A stretch of DNA of 64,000 bases from Squalus acanthias (lineage: Eukaryota): positions 58,034,001 through 58,098,000 of the forward strand of contig CM059432.1 in assembly GCA_030390025.1 (NCBI GenBank). Reading direction: 5' to 3'. Shown piece after piece: positions 24,496 to 38,097 of the stretch. The notes under the pieces were generated by a model. It made no database searches and was not told where the DNA came from. It was given only the letters and a program-made list of their open reading frames with translations. Position 1 is the stretch's first letter; each line of letters starts with the position of its first letter. Both the position numbers and the translations under genes were made by a program.

Positions 24496-25350
24496 TTTAC
24501 TTCACTTGATGCTGTACACCCTGGCTGCCACATGATGCGCCAGGTTGGCACCACCCCACACCAACACCATAAAGCATCCCTACAATGTCCAAGCCATTCC
24601 TTTCACGCTCATCAGCATTGCGGGGGGGGGGAGGGGGGGTTCAGTTATGTCTTACCATTCACTGCAACTCACTAAGCCACTTCCAAAGGTGCACACAAAT
24701 CTGTTCAAGAACAGAAAGTGTTGAAAATAAAGATTTTTATGTTTGACACCACATTAACAGAAACTTTACATAACATTGGATAAAACACACAAGTGGCTAC
24801 CCTTGTGTGTTGTTAGTTGGTATGATTGCACTAGGATGAGGGTGCATGTGAGGGGTGGCTAGTGAGATGGGGAAGTGATAATGTAGGTAGAGAGAGAGGG
24901 ATAGGTGGAGGTGCAAGGTATGTTGGTGTGAGTAAGAATGTGCAGGAGTAGGGTAGGGAAGGCAGAGTGATGGGAATGTGATGAGAGGCACAGCAGGATG
25001 AAGTTGAGTGTGGCTTTGTACTAACGTTTCGTGATCTAATGAGATCATTGAAAGGTTTGCGCTACTGCACCCAGGTCCTCCTGACAACATCCCTGTTTGT
25101 GACCTCCTCTGCAATCTGCAACCAGGCTGTCTTGGTCTCCTGGGGAGGTCTCTTCCGCCCATTGGAAGGGCAGAGGACCTCCCTGAGTGCTCTGACTCCC
25201 TGCATAAGCATATGGAGGGAGTCATGGGAGAAACTGGGTGCAGCCCTGCGCCTCTGTGCAGTGATTGTCTGTGTTTGCAGCACCTCAATGCTGTAGAACA
25301 CTGACAGCACAAATGTCAAGTCTAATGTGGCCATGGTCCCTTTAAGGACA

Positions 25351-25445
25351 TGATGCGGAGATGCTGGTGTTGGACTGGGGTGGACAAAATTGAGAGGTCG
25401 CACAACACCAGGTTATAGTCCAACAGTTTTATTTTAAATCACAAG
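25351..25445 (-). mobile_element. 95-bp retroposed mini-insert, probably 3' piece of a second Penelope-type family
   Basis: 11-bp TSD CTTTAAGGACA (25340-25350, 25446-25456); absent from the other family B copies; family and strand assignment from recollection of shark repeats. Confidence 0.65.
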
Positions 25446-28400
25446 CTTTAAGGACACCATCTCAAGACACGTCATGATTGACGTCACCAGGCCCGCTCCA
25501 TCTCATTGGGCCGGGAAATACGCTGGGCGGGCTTAACAAGCCCCATTGAGGTAAGTTCGTTCTGGGCAGCGGGATGGAGCCAGCAGCGAGGCCGTGACTC
25601 GCCACCGACACCGGCCCCACCAGACCCACCGAGGTCAGTAAAATCTCGGCCTATGTCCCTACGGGCCCTTACACACCGCAGCATCAGCTCTAGGCAGGCA
25701 TTTGAAAAGCGCGGTGCAGCCTTGGATCGTTGTGACTCCATCACTCCAGACCGTTGCTCTGTTTCCCAGACCTCCACAATCCCTCAACTGTCATCTTTGC
25801 AGTTTCCCTTTAAATAGTGGAGTTGAAATCGACTCATGCGAGTCGTCATCATACCCGCTGACGCTAATTGGTCAGGATACATAGAAGTCAGGTACAAATG
25901 CAGTGGCTGGGTTAAAAAGCCACTTCAAGATGTGCTGCACTGACTTCTGGGTTTCCTGCGCGCTACCGCGCCACCACCCCCCCCGCCCCCCCAATCACAA
26001 ATGAGTTCTTGTAGAAATAGTGATAGCTGCAGCAGCTAGAGGTTGTAGTCCTATCACTTGTTTTCTGTACTGTGAAAATTTACTTTAGAAACACTGTTGT
26101 TCTACTGTTAGTTTATCTAATACCACTGCTAATTAATACCAATGAAACGCTTGTTCAGGGCCACTAACACCGTTTGGAGTTGTATTCCGTTGGGTGAAGT
26201 GAACTTTCAACAGTCCTCTTGCTCTGCACTGAGTTTATTACTTTATCTCTGGCAAAGGTAAATATCCTTCTGGTGAGCATAGCTGCTGTAATTACTGCTG
26301 CTTTACATCTGAACAGTAATGGTTACTAATGAGTATGTTCAGATATCACTTGGCCTCCACAGAAAAGGCATAGACAGCATGATATTTCAATTAGTGGCAA
26401 CATTTATTATGCATTACTGTGCAGATGTCTGTATTTCTGTGCCTATCACTATTACAGATTGCATGTGCAGAACTGTGTTCATCTAAAAAGGCATTTTTTG
26501 TGCAGAATTTCTGTGCAACAAATGAACAAGTGAGACGAATTTACCGGGTTGTTTCTGGTGCTCTTTTTCAACCTACCTCTTGTGGCTGTTGCACAGGCCA
26601 GTGGCTGTGAGCTGCCCCTACTTACTCCTTAGGATGTAGCAGCCATCAACCCAAGAACTTCCTGAGAGGTTTCTGCCACAATATCCAAGGATTCAGAGGA
26701 CTGTTCCATTGACACGTGCTCTGGGCTTGGTGTTGGCACAAGCTCACCGTCAGCATGAGAGTCAATTGTCAAACCCTGACTACTTTTATGCCTCATACTG
26801 CAATGCATAGGCTTGCAAGGATCAGTGTCCCGCTGCAGCACAGAACGATGCAGCTGTATGAACTCCTGTAATTACTCCTAGAGAATAGTCTGCAGTTGAA
26901 CTCCTAAAGAATGGAAATTTGCACTCACTGATTTCTGCAAGGCTTCCATAGCAGCATGTGAGTTGCACGCACTGTGCTTCTGGTCTCACTTACTGAAGCT
27001 GCTGCAACAAGCACCACTTGTAACACTTACAGTACCTGAGAACTCAAGTTCAAGATGCCTTCCCTGATTGCTTTACACATGTCATTTAGGCTCCGAGAGA
27101 TCTAGGACATAGTGAGGCAGGAAACTGACTGGATTGGATTAGTTGCCTGTATTATGTTGCCCCTTCGCCCGCCCCCACCCATAGAAAGTATAATTGAGCG
27201 GGGTGTAAAATGGGCAGCTGATCTGATCCCATCAGTTTCCCACTGGATATGTTAGGTTAAAATTATCCACAATCGCTTTCAGAGCATCCAGCCTTTCCTT
27301 TACACTTCTCATTGCAGTGTCACATTGAGTGGATCCCCACCATATACATGGGCCAGCATCCTCTGTTTGAGTCTGCTGAGAGGTCTGCATGCCCAAGCAT
27401 GCCAGAAGACCCTTCTGAGCAACTGGGCCTCTGTTCAGCATCTGAGCCTAATGGAAGAATCCTAATGCCTCACAAGGATTATTCTCTTTGTGAGTCAACC
27501 CTCTTCTACATTATTAACCCGTGCATTTGATGATGTCTCCTGTATTTCTAAAACGTGGGTGGGGAAAGCTCATCTTGCTTATCTTCTTCTTGTTCCTGGG
27601 AGTGGCCAGTGACCAGACTTCTCAATCCTTCACTTGTGAAAAGAGTAGATGGAACAGCACAAATGAGAGCCAGTGCAGTATTCTTAATATGCAGTCATGG
27701 CAGAACATAGAAGAAGCAAATAGTTCTGTTTTAACAAAGGATGGTGACAAAGGAGGTGCACAGAAATAGCTATTTTAGCTATGGGATTGAGCTTGGAATG
27801 GCATTTCATCATCACAGAGAACAAGTGCCAATCATGACCTGTCTGGGAAACAAGATTTAATGTTATACGCTGAGACTTCGTGGCCCTGAAATTGTGCCCT
27901 CCTCTGTTGTGATAACGTCAGCTGGTAATACCTTCATTAGTTAGTTAGCAGTTAAGCCATTTGAGAAATGTGAAACCGGCATTACCGTTTGCATTAATAT
28001 TAATGTTAAAGTTGGGAAAGATTTCTCCAGTGTACAGCACAAGATTTTAAATAGAGGAGCAGTAACCCCAAAGATAGGATTTAAGTAAAGCAAAAGCGAA
28101 AACAAACCTGTTTATTTCTTAAAATCTTGGGTGTTGATCTGTGATGCCACTAAACATTTGAAAAAAACGATCTTTCTACAATAAAGTTTTCCAATTTTTG
28201 AAATGAAGGCTTATCATTTTGCAATTGTTTCAATGTGAAGAACATCATGAGGTTGCTGTTCTTTGTAAAGTGTCAAAAAATTTGACATGACAACCCATAA
28301 ATAGTTGACACCTGTTAATTCAAATTATTTTTCCACCGTGAAGAATGTGAAAGTGAGCCAGATGCCTCATAATTAAAATTGACTGTGGAAAAACTACAGA

Positions 28401-29808
28401 CCTATAGGGGAAATGGCACCTGGAACATGCACAACAGGTTTAATGTCCTCCAGACATTCAGAACACAACACAAACCATAGGATTTCAGTCAATGGTTGTA
28501 TATTTTACCAGCCTCAATTCCTGATGCTCAGCTGTTGCTTGATAACGAGGTGCTATTTTTGTTTTTCTTTATACCACTCTCGCATGCCAAGTTGAAAGAT
28601 GTTGATTTGGAGCTGATGCACAGTTGGTGCTGCAAATCATAATTTGTGGGTTTGAGCACTTACTGGAAAATGTTCCAATTTTCATTTGACCGCGTGAGAG
28701 GTAAAATTAACCTGTGGAATGCTGTGAAATGATCTTTATTGGAACCAAAGAACCACACCTGATTGATGCATTTATGAATTCCTGCAATAAAACATGTCTA
28801 GAAGTGAGTTACAACCTATGGTGATCCAGTACAATTTCTCTCAATACTTCCAGGAATGAACTAGGTCAAATATATGAGATATTTGTCCTTTTTACAGCTG
28901 TCACCTGCTGCAGCATGTTGCTTTGTTATCTAATATCAAAAATAGATTTATAGATTATAATATTCTAGATTGCTAATTACAATCTACTTCAGTGTTACCT
29001 CTAAAAATCACCAGGAGCTAGTATTTATATAAAGACGATATACGCCAACAACTTTGAATGCTTGTTAATATTAATGAGAAGATGGATGTCTTTTAAGTAG
29101 AAGCAATGTGACAATAGCTTGGTTTCTTGTGATGTCACAATTTCCTGCTATGTGCTGAGTATGCTGTGTTATTTAAATCATTGTCAGTGCTCTTGACATT
29201 TTAATTCAGATAATGGAGTTGATGATCTAGAATTTTGACGGCATAAATCTATGGTTATAAAGCAATTATACAGTTAATTCGTTTGATTTCATCATAAGTT
29301 ATGGCCACACTTCTTCTCATGCTTTTAAGACTATTATGACATCAGCAGATGCCACACAGCCGGTGTCGGGTGCTATCTGACGTTGAGAGAAAAACATTAA
29401 GCTTGGGTAGTGTTAAACTGCTTTTACTTTTTAGCCTGGACCTTGAGAGAGTGAGTTAGTTGCAATGTGCAACTGGTCTTGTTAACTGTCTACACTGTGG
29501 GGGCCCAACATTCAGTGCATCACCAGAGCTGCCTATGATGTTTTAGTCAAGCACAGGCATGAAATAGTGATCTCATGATGGTGTCTCATGACGCCATTAC
29601 AATAATAAGGGGGAACATTTGTGCGTGCTGGTGTCACAATGGAACGTCATGATATCACCATGGAACTCTGCTACTGCAACAGCAACAGCACTGATACTTA
29701 CCCAAATAAGATCGGAGACAGTTGGGAAGACACAGTGAAATATGGGTTCAATAAGATCCAGCAGGTTAATATTATTGACTGGCTGTGGGAGACATTGGGG
29801 TGGGGTGG

Positions 29809-30268
29809 GGGGGTGGAATTCAACTTCGGCGGGAACATAAAATGGGTGGTAGCTGATCAGCCACCCCATTATACATCTCACCAAATGTTCCTTTCCACTG
29901 AACTCAATGAGGTGTATAACAGGTGGCCAATCTGCTACTGCTAATTTTGCATCTCCGCTGAAGTTGAATTTCACAAAGAATGGTGGGGATTGACTATGCC
30001 TAACCTTTTACCCCTTGGGGCCTTTAGAAGGCTTACAATGGAACTTACATCAGACATGAGATCCACTGGGTCAAACAGGAGTGAGTTGGGTGAAATCACT
30101 GGAGTAGCCCAGGAATGTCTCCAGACAAGCCACTCAAAAAAATGCAGCACATATTTAGAGTGGCTTAAGAGGTACCCCTGCACTCCCCCTTCCTGTACAA
30201 AATTTGTGGGGGAGTTTACGTGGAACAGAAGTCCAATGATGCGGGTTGCATTCTAAATTCTAGCCCCA
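29809..30268. mobile_element. Degenerate Harbinger-type MITE
   Basis: GGGGTGGAATT ... AAATTCTAGCCCC inverted termini. Confidence 0.55.
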
Positions 30269-30619
30269 CCCCAGCCCTTGGAGAAAAGCCTGATTTTCAT
30301 CCTCCCTAACCCAGTATACCAATGATGAAGAAAGGTACATTACAGCCCTTCTAATATAGCTGTTATTATTCCTTGAATAAAAGTAGCACCCTCTCTGTCC
30401 TAATAAACTGAACTATGCGGTTCTTGACTCTGCATAATTCATCAGATTTTAATGTATATTACCGGGATTTTAAAGGAGGATGATTTGTATGGTTATATTC
30501 TTAAGTCCTAACTTCAGCACTATTTGATGTAAGTATAGTTTTTAAAACTATAAAACAACTAGTTATTTACAATTAAATTTTTTGTTAATTCTAATCCATC
30601 ATGGCAGTGAAGCACAAAA

Positions 30620-32298
30620 GGGGGAATTTTTCGGGGGGTCAGCGGTGGCGGGTCGGGTGGGAAAATGTGTTTTTTTGACAGCGGCGGGGGAGGCAATTTA
30701 GGTCATTATGACGTTGTTAACAGCCCATTAAGAAGTATTTTGAGCTCACCTTTACATTTTATGAGGTCGCCCACGGGGTCCACGCTGCTCAGGGATCATG
30801 TCAGGTAAGCAGGTCGGGAGTTGTACGACCATGGAATCATCTCAGCTGCAAATGTGCTATAAAAGCTCCCATCTCACATCTGTTCACTTTCCAAGCTCAG
30901 AAGCTGTTGCTTACTGCATTTGGAAGACAGATTGAGCTTTATGCAGGTTGCAAGAGTTTGGAGTAAACTTTCTATCCACTGTCACCTCATTGGAACAACC
31001 TCTCTCACCATTGACAGATCGCTTCTGTCATCTCAAGTTCACCTGCCATTTATTACATCAGCATCAGTGCCCTTGAAACTATCTTACCTTGGTCCTCAGA
31101 GTCCCACCACGATCAGCCCCAACACCAGAAGCACCAGGCACACCAGCATCACCAACAACAACTCAACCTTCTCCGCAATCACCTGATGCTGCACAGGACA
31201 CAGGGCATCAGTACCCACCCACATTGCTGCCTGGGACGCCAGGGATGGCCTCACCATAACCAAATTTACTTCACTTGATGCTGTACACCCTGGCTGCCAC
31301 ATGATGCGCCAGGTTGACACCACCCCACACCAACACCATCAAGCATCCCTACAATGCCCAAGCCATTCCTTTCACACTCATCGCCATTGTAGGGGGTACC
31401 GTTATGTCTCACCATTCACTGCAACTCACTAAACCACTTCCAAAGGTTCACACAAATCTGTCCAAGAATGCAAAGTGCTGAAAATAAAGATTTCAATGTT
31501 TGACAGCACAGTAACAGAAACTTCACATGAACATTGGCTAAAACACACAAGTGCCTACCCTTGTGTGTTGTTAGTTGGTATGATTGGACTAGGATGATGG
31601 TGAGTGTGAGGGGTGGCTAGTGAGATGGGGAAGTGATAGTGTAGATAGAGAGGGATGGGTGGAGGTGCAAGGTAAGTTGGTGTGAGTAAGGATGTGTAGG
31701 AGTAGCGTAGGGAAGGCAGAGTGATGGGGATGTAATGAGAGGCACAGCAGGATGAGGTTGAGTGTGGCTTTGCAGTAACGTTTCGTGATCTACTGAGATC
31801 ATTGAAAGGTTTGCGCCACTGCAGCCTGGTCCTCCTTACAACAACCCTGCTTGTGTCATCCTGTGCAATGTGCAATCAGACTGCGTTGGTGTCCTGGGGA
31901 GGTCTCTTCCGCCCATTGGAAGGGAAGAGAACCTCCCTGTGAGATGTGACTCCCTCCATAAGCATATGGAGGGAGTCATGGGAGAGCCTGGGTGCAGCCC
32001 TACACCTCTGTGCAGTGCTTGTCAGTGCTTGCAGCACCTCAATGCTGTAGAACACTGATAGCACAACTGTCAAAGTAAAATTGCGCATGGTCCCTTTAAG
32101 GAAACCGGTTGATGACGCGTCATCAAATGATGTCATCAGACTTGCTTTCTTCAATTGGCCGGTAAACGTGCTGAACGGGCTTAACAAGCCCAATCAACGT
32201 AAAATCATTCTACACAGTGGCTGGAGCCAGCAGTGGGGTCGGGACCCACCACCAATATCGCCCGCCATGAACCCGCCGAGGTTGGTAAAATCCAGCCC
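30620..32298. mobile_element. Non-autonomous Harbinger family B copy 3
   Basis: GGGGGAATTTT / AAAATCCAGCCC termini; AAA flanks; collinear with 22018-25651 and 42180-43932. Confidence 0.88.
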
Positions 32299-34589
32299 AA
32301 AGGGTTCGTCTCCATTTTAATTATGACCCTCATAGTTTCATCACTGATGCTCACACTAAGATGCATCTTCTGGTCAAAAGCACAAAGGGGATCGTCTTAT
32401 AGATGCAGTAAGGGAGGATCATGTGAGGTCTGGCTAAAAAATCTCTTAAAGAGACAGGTGCTCCTCCAATTTGCTGACTGCTTATTTTAGCTTAGCTATG
32501 TTACATGGAGCATCATCTTTAGTTGAAGAATGACTATGGCACCTACAGGTAAATAATCTACTTGGTGTTTCTGTAAGAAGTGAAGACAGTTCAAATGGGC
32601 TTTAGAAAATGACTGCCAGAGTTTTTAACCAATACTTGATGAAAAGAGCAATCGGAAGCAGCTGCATTAAAGCACAGACTGTAGCAAGTGCACCTGCACA
32701 GAGTGGACTGGTGACAACCTGAGGATTATTGTAATATCTTTTGGCTGCACACAATATATCAAAAGATGAAGTGATGTCAAGAGCTGAACTGCATTTAAAT
32801 GATTATCCAGGAACATTGTGAAATATTGACTTGTGGCACATTATTTAATTGAGTTAGAAGAATGAACAAATGACTTGGAGAGATACACAAATTAAAAGAA
32901 TTGCTAGATAGATAATCCTTATTTTTATTTATTATAATAATATAGATCCAAATAAATGTGATATTAAAGCCTCTAAGTAGTGAATTTCTGTACATTCAAA
33001 CCAAGTTTGGTTAGATCACATCTTAAGTACATTCAGTTGACTGTTGAGTATTATAAAGAGGAATAATATTTACTGAATCTCTAATATAAGAGAATTGTGA
33101 AAAAAATACTCAGATTGTTTTGGATACAGATGTCCTACCAAAGTCCTCAAAGGGGTGAATATGGACTCTTTCTGATGCAATCTCAGCCCTGGTCTTACTA
33201 TGTTTTGTACTTCTTTGCACCAACAATTTCAAACAATTATTTTGAACCATTGCCATGACTCGTGCTTGAAATATTGAAAGGAGACTGAAGCATTTTCAGA
33301 TTCAAGGAAAACTTTAAGAGGTTATGCATTCATTTATTTGTCTCTGTAAAAAGGAAACAGTGGCACAGAGCAGAGTATGTGGGGAAAGAGTTGTATGAAG
33401 GAGTTCACTGAACACTAAAAAAAAAATTAAAAAACAACTGGAGTTTTACATAGAGGATTAAACAATGCTCAGTATTTAATTTCTAACAGATGGGTGCGAT
33501 CGAATTTCTAGGCTGATAACTTTCCAAACTCCGGCAGGCTGTCTGGAGAAGTGAAGAGCACATGAATGGACATTGGAGTGCATGCCAACCTGCTGGGCCC
33601 GTGTAGCTCCTATAGACTGTTCAAATGAGAGCAAGCTGTTGGCCTGTCATGTTGAGTTGGGGAGTGGTAGGTGGCACCATGGAACTTTAGACAATGAGAG
33701 AAATACAAACCTATAAAATGTAGGAATAAAAACATTATCCACAGAAACAATATATAGATGAATGTATGACTGTGTATGTGATTTGCTAAAAGTTTCCAAG
33801 AGTGAGTTATGTTGGAGCCCTGCCCTGATATCACATAGCTAACTGTTAATTATTCTGTTTCTAACACTTTTAAAACATGTTAAAATATTTTTAATGAGTG
33901 CTATCATGAGCACTGATTTTTTTTAAGAGTCTCTATTATGAAAGCGATTTCAATTCAAAATCAACTTGATTCATCTATGAGTCACAAATCTTTTATGCAG
34001 TGGTACGTCCAGTTTTGAATTGAAATATGTTTTCACATTTGCTGTTGGCAGTTGGCTGCTGTGCAGAAATAAAATCAGTGAGGTGTTACTGTAATAAATC
34101 TGTATAATTGGAGCATTTTTAGTAAGCAGAGCCTAACTTGTGCCTTATTCCACCGAACTGAAGCAGTAAGCATAGGTTTTATTTTATCACAAATGCTCAT
34201 GGTAAACCTGAGCCTGTACTTTTAAAAAATGCAAAGGAATTATATAAACTGCATGTCTGTAACAAAAAACACATCACCCAACATTTCCCTTAAGTATGCT
34301 GTTACTATATTTATTGTATAACTGCTATAATTTCAGTGATTTTAGGATTCATCATCACTATTATCATTGCGGCTTTACACAAAATCCCTTTCATGAATTT
34401 ATTATTGTGTAGTCCAATGAGGGTGCACTGACTAGACTGGCATGCCGTATGCTTTTAAAATCTTCACATGCACTCTTCTGGGGCAGAGAGGAAGTTTCAT
34501 TTTTGTACCACAATATACTTTTTAATTCTTATTAATATATAAAAATCTCTAATTCTTTATCGGTTTCAATTATTTACATTGAGATGCTA

Positions 34590-36868
34590 CATTAAAAAGA
34601 ACAAAAAGATTAGCATTACTGAAAGTTGGTAAGTCACCTGATCCAGGTGGAATGCATCCTAGGTTGCTGAAAGAAGCAAAGGTAGAAATAGCAGAGACAT
34701 TGGTCACAATCTTTCAATCATCATTGGATACTGGGTTAGTGCCGGATGACTGGAGGGTTGCTAATGTTATACCACTATTCAAGAAAGGGGAGAGGGATAA
34801 ACCAGGAAACGACAGGTCAGTCAGCCTGTCAGGTGGTGGGGAAGTTATTGGAAACCATTACCAGGAACAAAATAAAACTTTCATTTGCAAAGGCATAGGT
34901 TAATCAAGGAGAACCAGCATTGGTTTGTTAAAGGTAAATCATGTCTGACTAACTTGATTGAATTTTTTGATGAAGTAACAGAGAAGGTTGATCAAGGTAG
35001 TGCAGTAGATGTTGTGTATATGGACTTTCAGAAGGCAAAGTGCCACACAGGAGGCTTATTAAGAAGGTGGAAGCCCATAGAATTAAGGGGAAAGTGGCAG
35101 TATGGATACAAAATTGGCTCAGTGACAAGAAGAAAAGGGTGGTGGTGGATGGATATTTTTCAGACTGGGAGGTAGTTTGCAGTGGTGTTCCCCAAGGGTC
35201 AATTTTGGCTCCATTACTCGTTGCAATTTTTATAAATGACCTAGACTCGGGTGTAGGCAGCAGCATTACAAAGTTTGCAGCTGATACGAAACTTCAATGA
35301 TGAGGATAGTTATAGGCTTCAGGATGACATAGACAGGATGGTGACAGGGGCAGAAGCATGTCAGATGGAGTTCAATGTAGAGAAGTGTGAACTGATGCAC
35401 TTTGGCAGGACTAATTTGGAAAGACAGTTATATTGGCCCAGATTTTCTGGGGCCTACGGGTGTGTACGCGCCCGTAAGGGTCCCGCAAGTTTGGGATTTT
35501 CGCACGCAAAGCGCATGCGCAAAAACCCAAAACTTGCAATCTGTAAAAATCTTCTTGACAGATCCAACGCATCCCCAGGAAAAGGGCATTCGCAGGTGGA
35601 GAGTTGGGCTATTTTCCCAACTGCTGCCCAGCGAATGCCCATGAAATTCTTACGCCTGGTAAAAGCAGGCATAAGACCTGCTTTTACCAGCATAAGAGTT
35701 TAAATGAACATAAAAATACATTTTTAAAAGTTATTTAAACATAAAAAAACCTGTAAAATAAGTTCAGGTTATTTGCAGCCCCTTTAAAATGTTTTAATTT
35801 ATTTTTCAAAAAAATAAATGTTTGTTTTAAATATTTAATTAAATTGTATTTTAATTAATTTTAAAAATAATTTTTTTAATTTGATATGTAAATGTGTTTT
35901 TTATGCTATCCCCATTCATGCTTATGGGAGTTCCGTATGAAAATGGAATCCCCATAAGTATGAATGGGGATCCCCTTCTTTTATTGGTTGGGCCGGCCCA
36001 CGTGATCCCAGGAGCGCTTGCGAACCACGTGCGCCCCTGGGATAGGTGGGCCTTTACCCGGGCGTTCCCATAGAGGCCCAAGCGCGCCAGTCTCCTTGGA
36101 TCCCGAGGCAGAAGGTAGGCGCGGACTTTATTAGGAGGCATTTCCCCGTGGGCAGAGAGACCTTGGTGTCCATATACACAAATTCTTAAAAGTGGCAGGG
36201 CAAGTTGATAAGTAGGTTAAAAAAGCATATGGGTTACTTGGGTTTATAAATAGAGGAATAGAATATAAAAGCAAAGAAATCATGCTAGAACTTTATAAAT
36301 CACTGGTTAGGCCCTCACCTGGAGTATTGTGGACAATTCTGGGCACCACACTTCAGGAACGATGTAAAGGCCTTAGAAAGGGTAAAGAAGAGGCGTACCA
36401 GCGTGTTGCTAGGGTTGAGGGACATCAGTTATGAGGAGAGGTTGGAAATGTTAGGACTGTTCTCCTTGGAACAGAGAAGGTTAAGAGGTGACCTAATAGA
36501 GGTTTTCAAGATGATCAGAGGTTTTTATAGAGTAAATAGGGAAAAAATATTCCCTCTGATGAGTGGGTCAATAACTAGAGGTCATCGATTTAAATCATTG
36601 GAAAAAGATCTAGAGGGGAGATGAGGAGAATTTTTTCACTCAGAGAGTTGTTGGGATCTGGACCACTCTACCTGAAAAGGTGGTAGAAGCTGATTCGATG
36701 AATAATTTTAAAAGGGAGTCGGACAGGTGCTTGAGGATGAGGAACTTACAGGGTTACAGACAAAAAGCAGGAATGTGGGACTAAGCACGACTGCTCTTTC
36801 AAAGAGCCGCACAGACACTATAGGCTGAATAGCCTCCTTCAGTGCTGTAAGTTTCTATGATTCTATGA
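34590..36868 (+). mobile_element. Degenerate CR1 LINE interrupted by a MITE
   Basis: MHPRLLKE, KGKSCLTNLIEFF, GVPQGS, LEQRRLRGDLIEVFK; TTCTATGA tail. Confidence 0.9.
35435..36149. mobile_element. Harbinger-type MITE (family C-like), right end lost
   Basis: GGCCCAGATTTT start; similar to 47696-48451; AT-rich core; interrupts CR1. Confidence 0.75.
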
Positions 36869-37006
36869 AAATGAATCTTTTTCCGAAAACAGTGAAGTGA
36901 CCTCATCATCAGTACAATATTGAGCGCATGGCGCTTTAATAAATGAATATAAAATCAAAAGTTATTATTTTACATTCCTAGATCATATCTATGAGTTTGA
37001 ACACAT

Positions 37007-37530
37007 GGACCTGAATTTTCCACTCGAATTATGCCAATTTCCTGCTCACCCTGCTGTTGCCAGAATTTTCTGCCAGAAATGACAGTAGATGTGCAATATA
37101 TTTGCCTATTATAGATCGGCATATTGTAATAATGTGCAAATGATGGAAATACCTCATCTAACATATTTACCATCATTGGCGCCATTGCAACACTGATCGA
37201 TCAATCGCAAAGCCTTTGACGCCCAATTCAAAATAAAAATTGTGTTGGAATATATACCAGCAGCACTGTGGCTGCCTTCAATGGTACTCTTCAATGTCGC
37301 AGCTATTCTCCGGCCCCATTCCAGGCGGACTCCTCCGCAGAAGCCAGGGAGTTTGCCAAAATTATACTAACATCCTCGATGCTGGAAAATCGGCCGAAAT
37401 CAAGGGTGCAACTTTGTGGCTGGCAGAAGTCCTGCCAGGTGAAAAATTCATCCCAATTTCGCTAAAGTGCAAAATGTAGGCCATAATGTTCAGATCTGTG
37501 CGTGCAGAGGAAGCTATGTTCTCGGCCCTG
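37007..37530. mobile_element. Degenerate Harbinger-type MITE
   Basis: GGACCTGAATTTT start; CpG-containing internal inverted motifs; weak right TIR. Confidence 0.45.
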
Positions 37531-37884
37531 AGGTCTAAGATTTGCAGCACTAGTTTAATCTCTCATGCTTCTCTGGTTCTCTCCAGTAGATGGGGTTGCA
37601 CTGTGAGATTGTGTGAAAAACTACCCAAACACGAGAATGTCACCAACATCTTCACCATTTTTAAGTCTCAGTAACATTGTTCAGATATACGACAATAGTT
37701 AGACAGCAGCATGTCATAAAGCAATACAGGGTTCAAATGAGACTAAAGCTTGTACAGCTTACCGACATCATCAGAACCCAAGGAACATACTGCCTTGGAA
37801 CAGCGTCATAGAAAAATCATATATAAAACAAAAATGTCTGTTGAAGAAATTTGGAGGCAATCAAGCTTAGAAATAAGTTCAAAA

Positions 37885-38097
37885 TAAAAACAAAAAATTC
37901 TGGAAATACACAGCAGATTCATAAGCACCTGAAAGAAAAAGATAGATTAACATTTCCAGTTTAACTCTTCATTAAAACAGGACTCTGATGAAGCGTCGCA
38001 CTCAAAAACTAGGTTACATTTCTGTTTTTGACAGACTTACTATGCACTTTCAGCAGTTTCTAATTATTTTTTAGATTTGCAACATTCGTTGTTATCT
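37885..38097. mobile_element. Old palindromic Penelope-derived (MER6-like) element
   Basis: Degenerate head-to-head copy of the 51415-51516 terminal unit, with CTGATGAAG remnant at ~37985. Confidence 0.5.

Larger units (their letters stand above)
22018..25651. mobile_element. Non-autonomous Harbinger family B copy 2, inserted in Myb exon 1 of Harbinger 1
   Basis: TIR GGCCAAGATTTT / AAAATCTCGGCC; TSD TAT (22015-22017, 25652-25654). Confidence 0.9.
17870..25741 (-). pseudogene. Harbinger 1 Myb/SANT-like DNA-binding protein gene, interrupted
   Basis: Exon 1 MESQRSKAAPRFSNACLELMLRCVRARRDI continues after the nested insert as LFPVDERKK...RWLEIAQEMSSRSMVPRSLIQCQKHFNDLMRAGK with GTGAGT donor ~21866; last exon split by CR1 (SMSGI / MSLALA). 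Confidence 0.8.
14259..25992 (+). mobile_element. Near full-length autonomous-type PIF/Harbinger transposon 1 with nested insertions
   Basis: Left TIR GGGGGGAATTTT; + strand transposase and convergent - strand spliced Myb/SANT gene; right end degenerate so boundary approximate. Confidence 0.8.
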
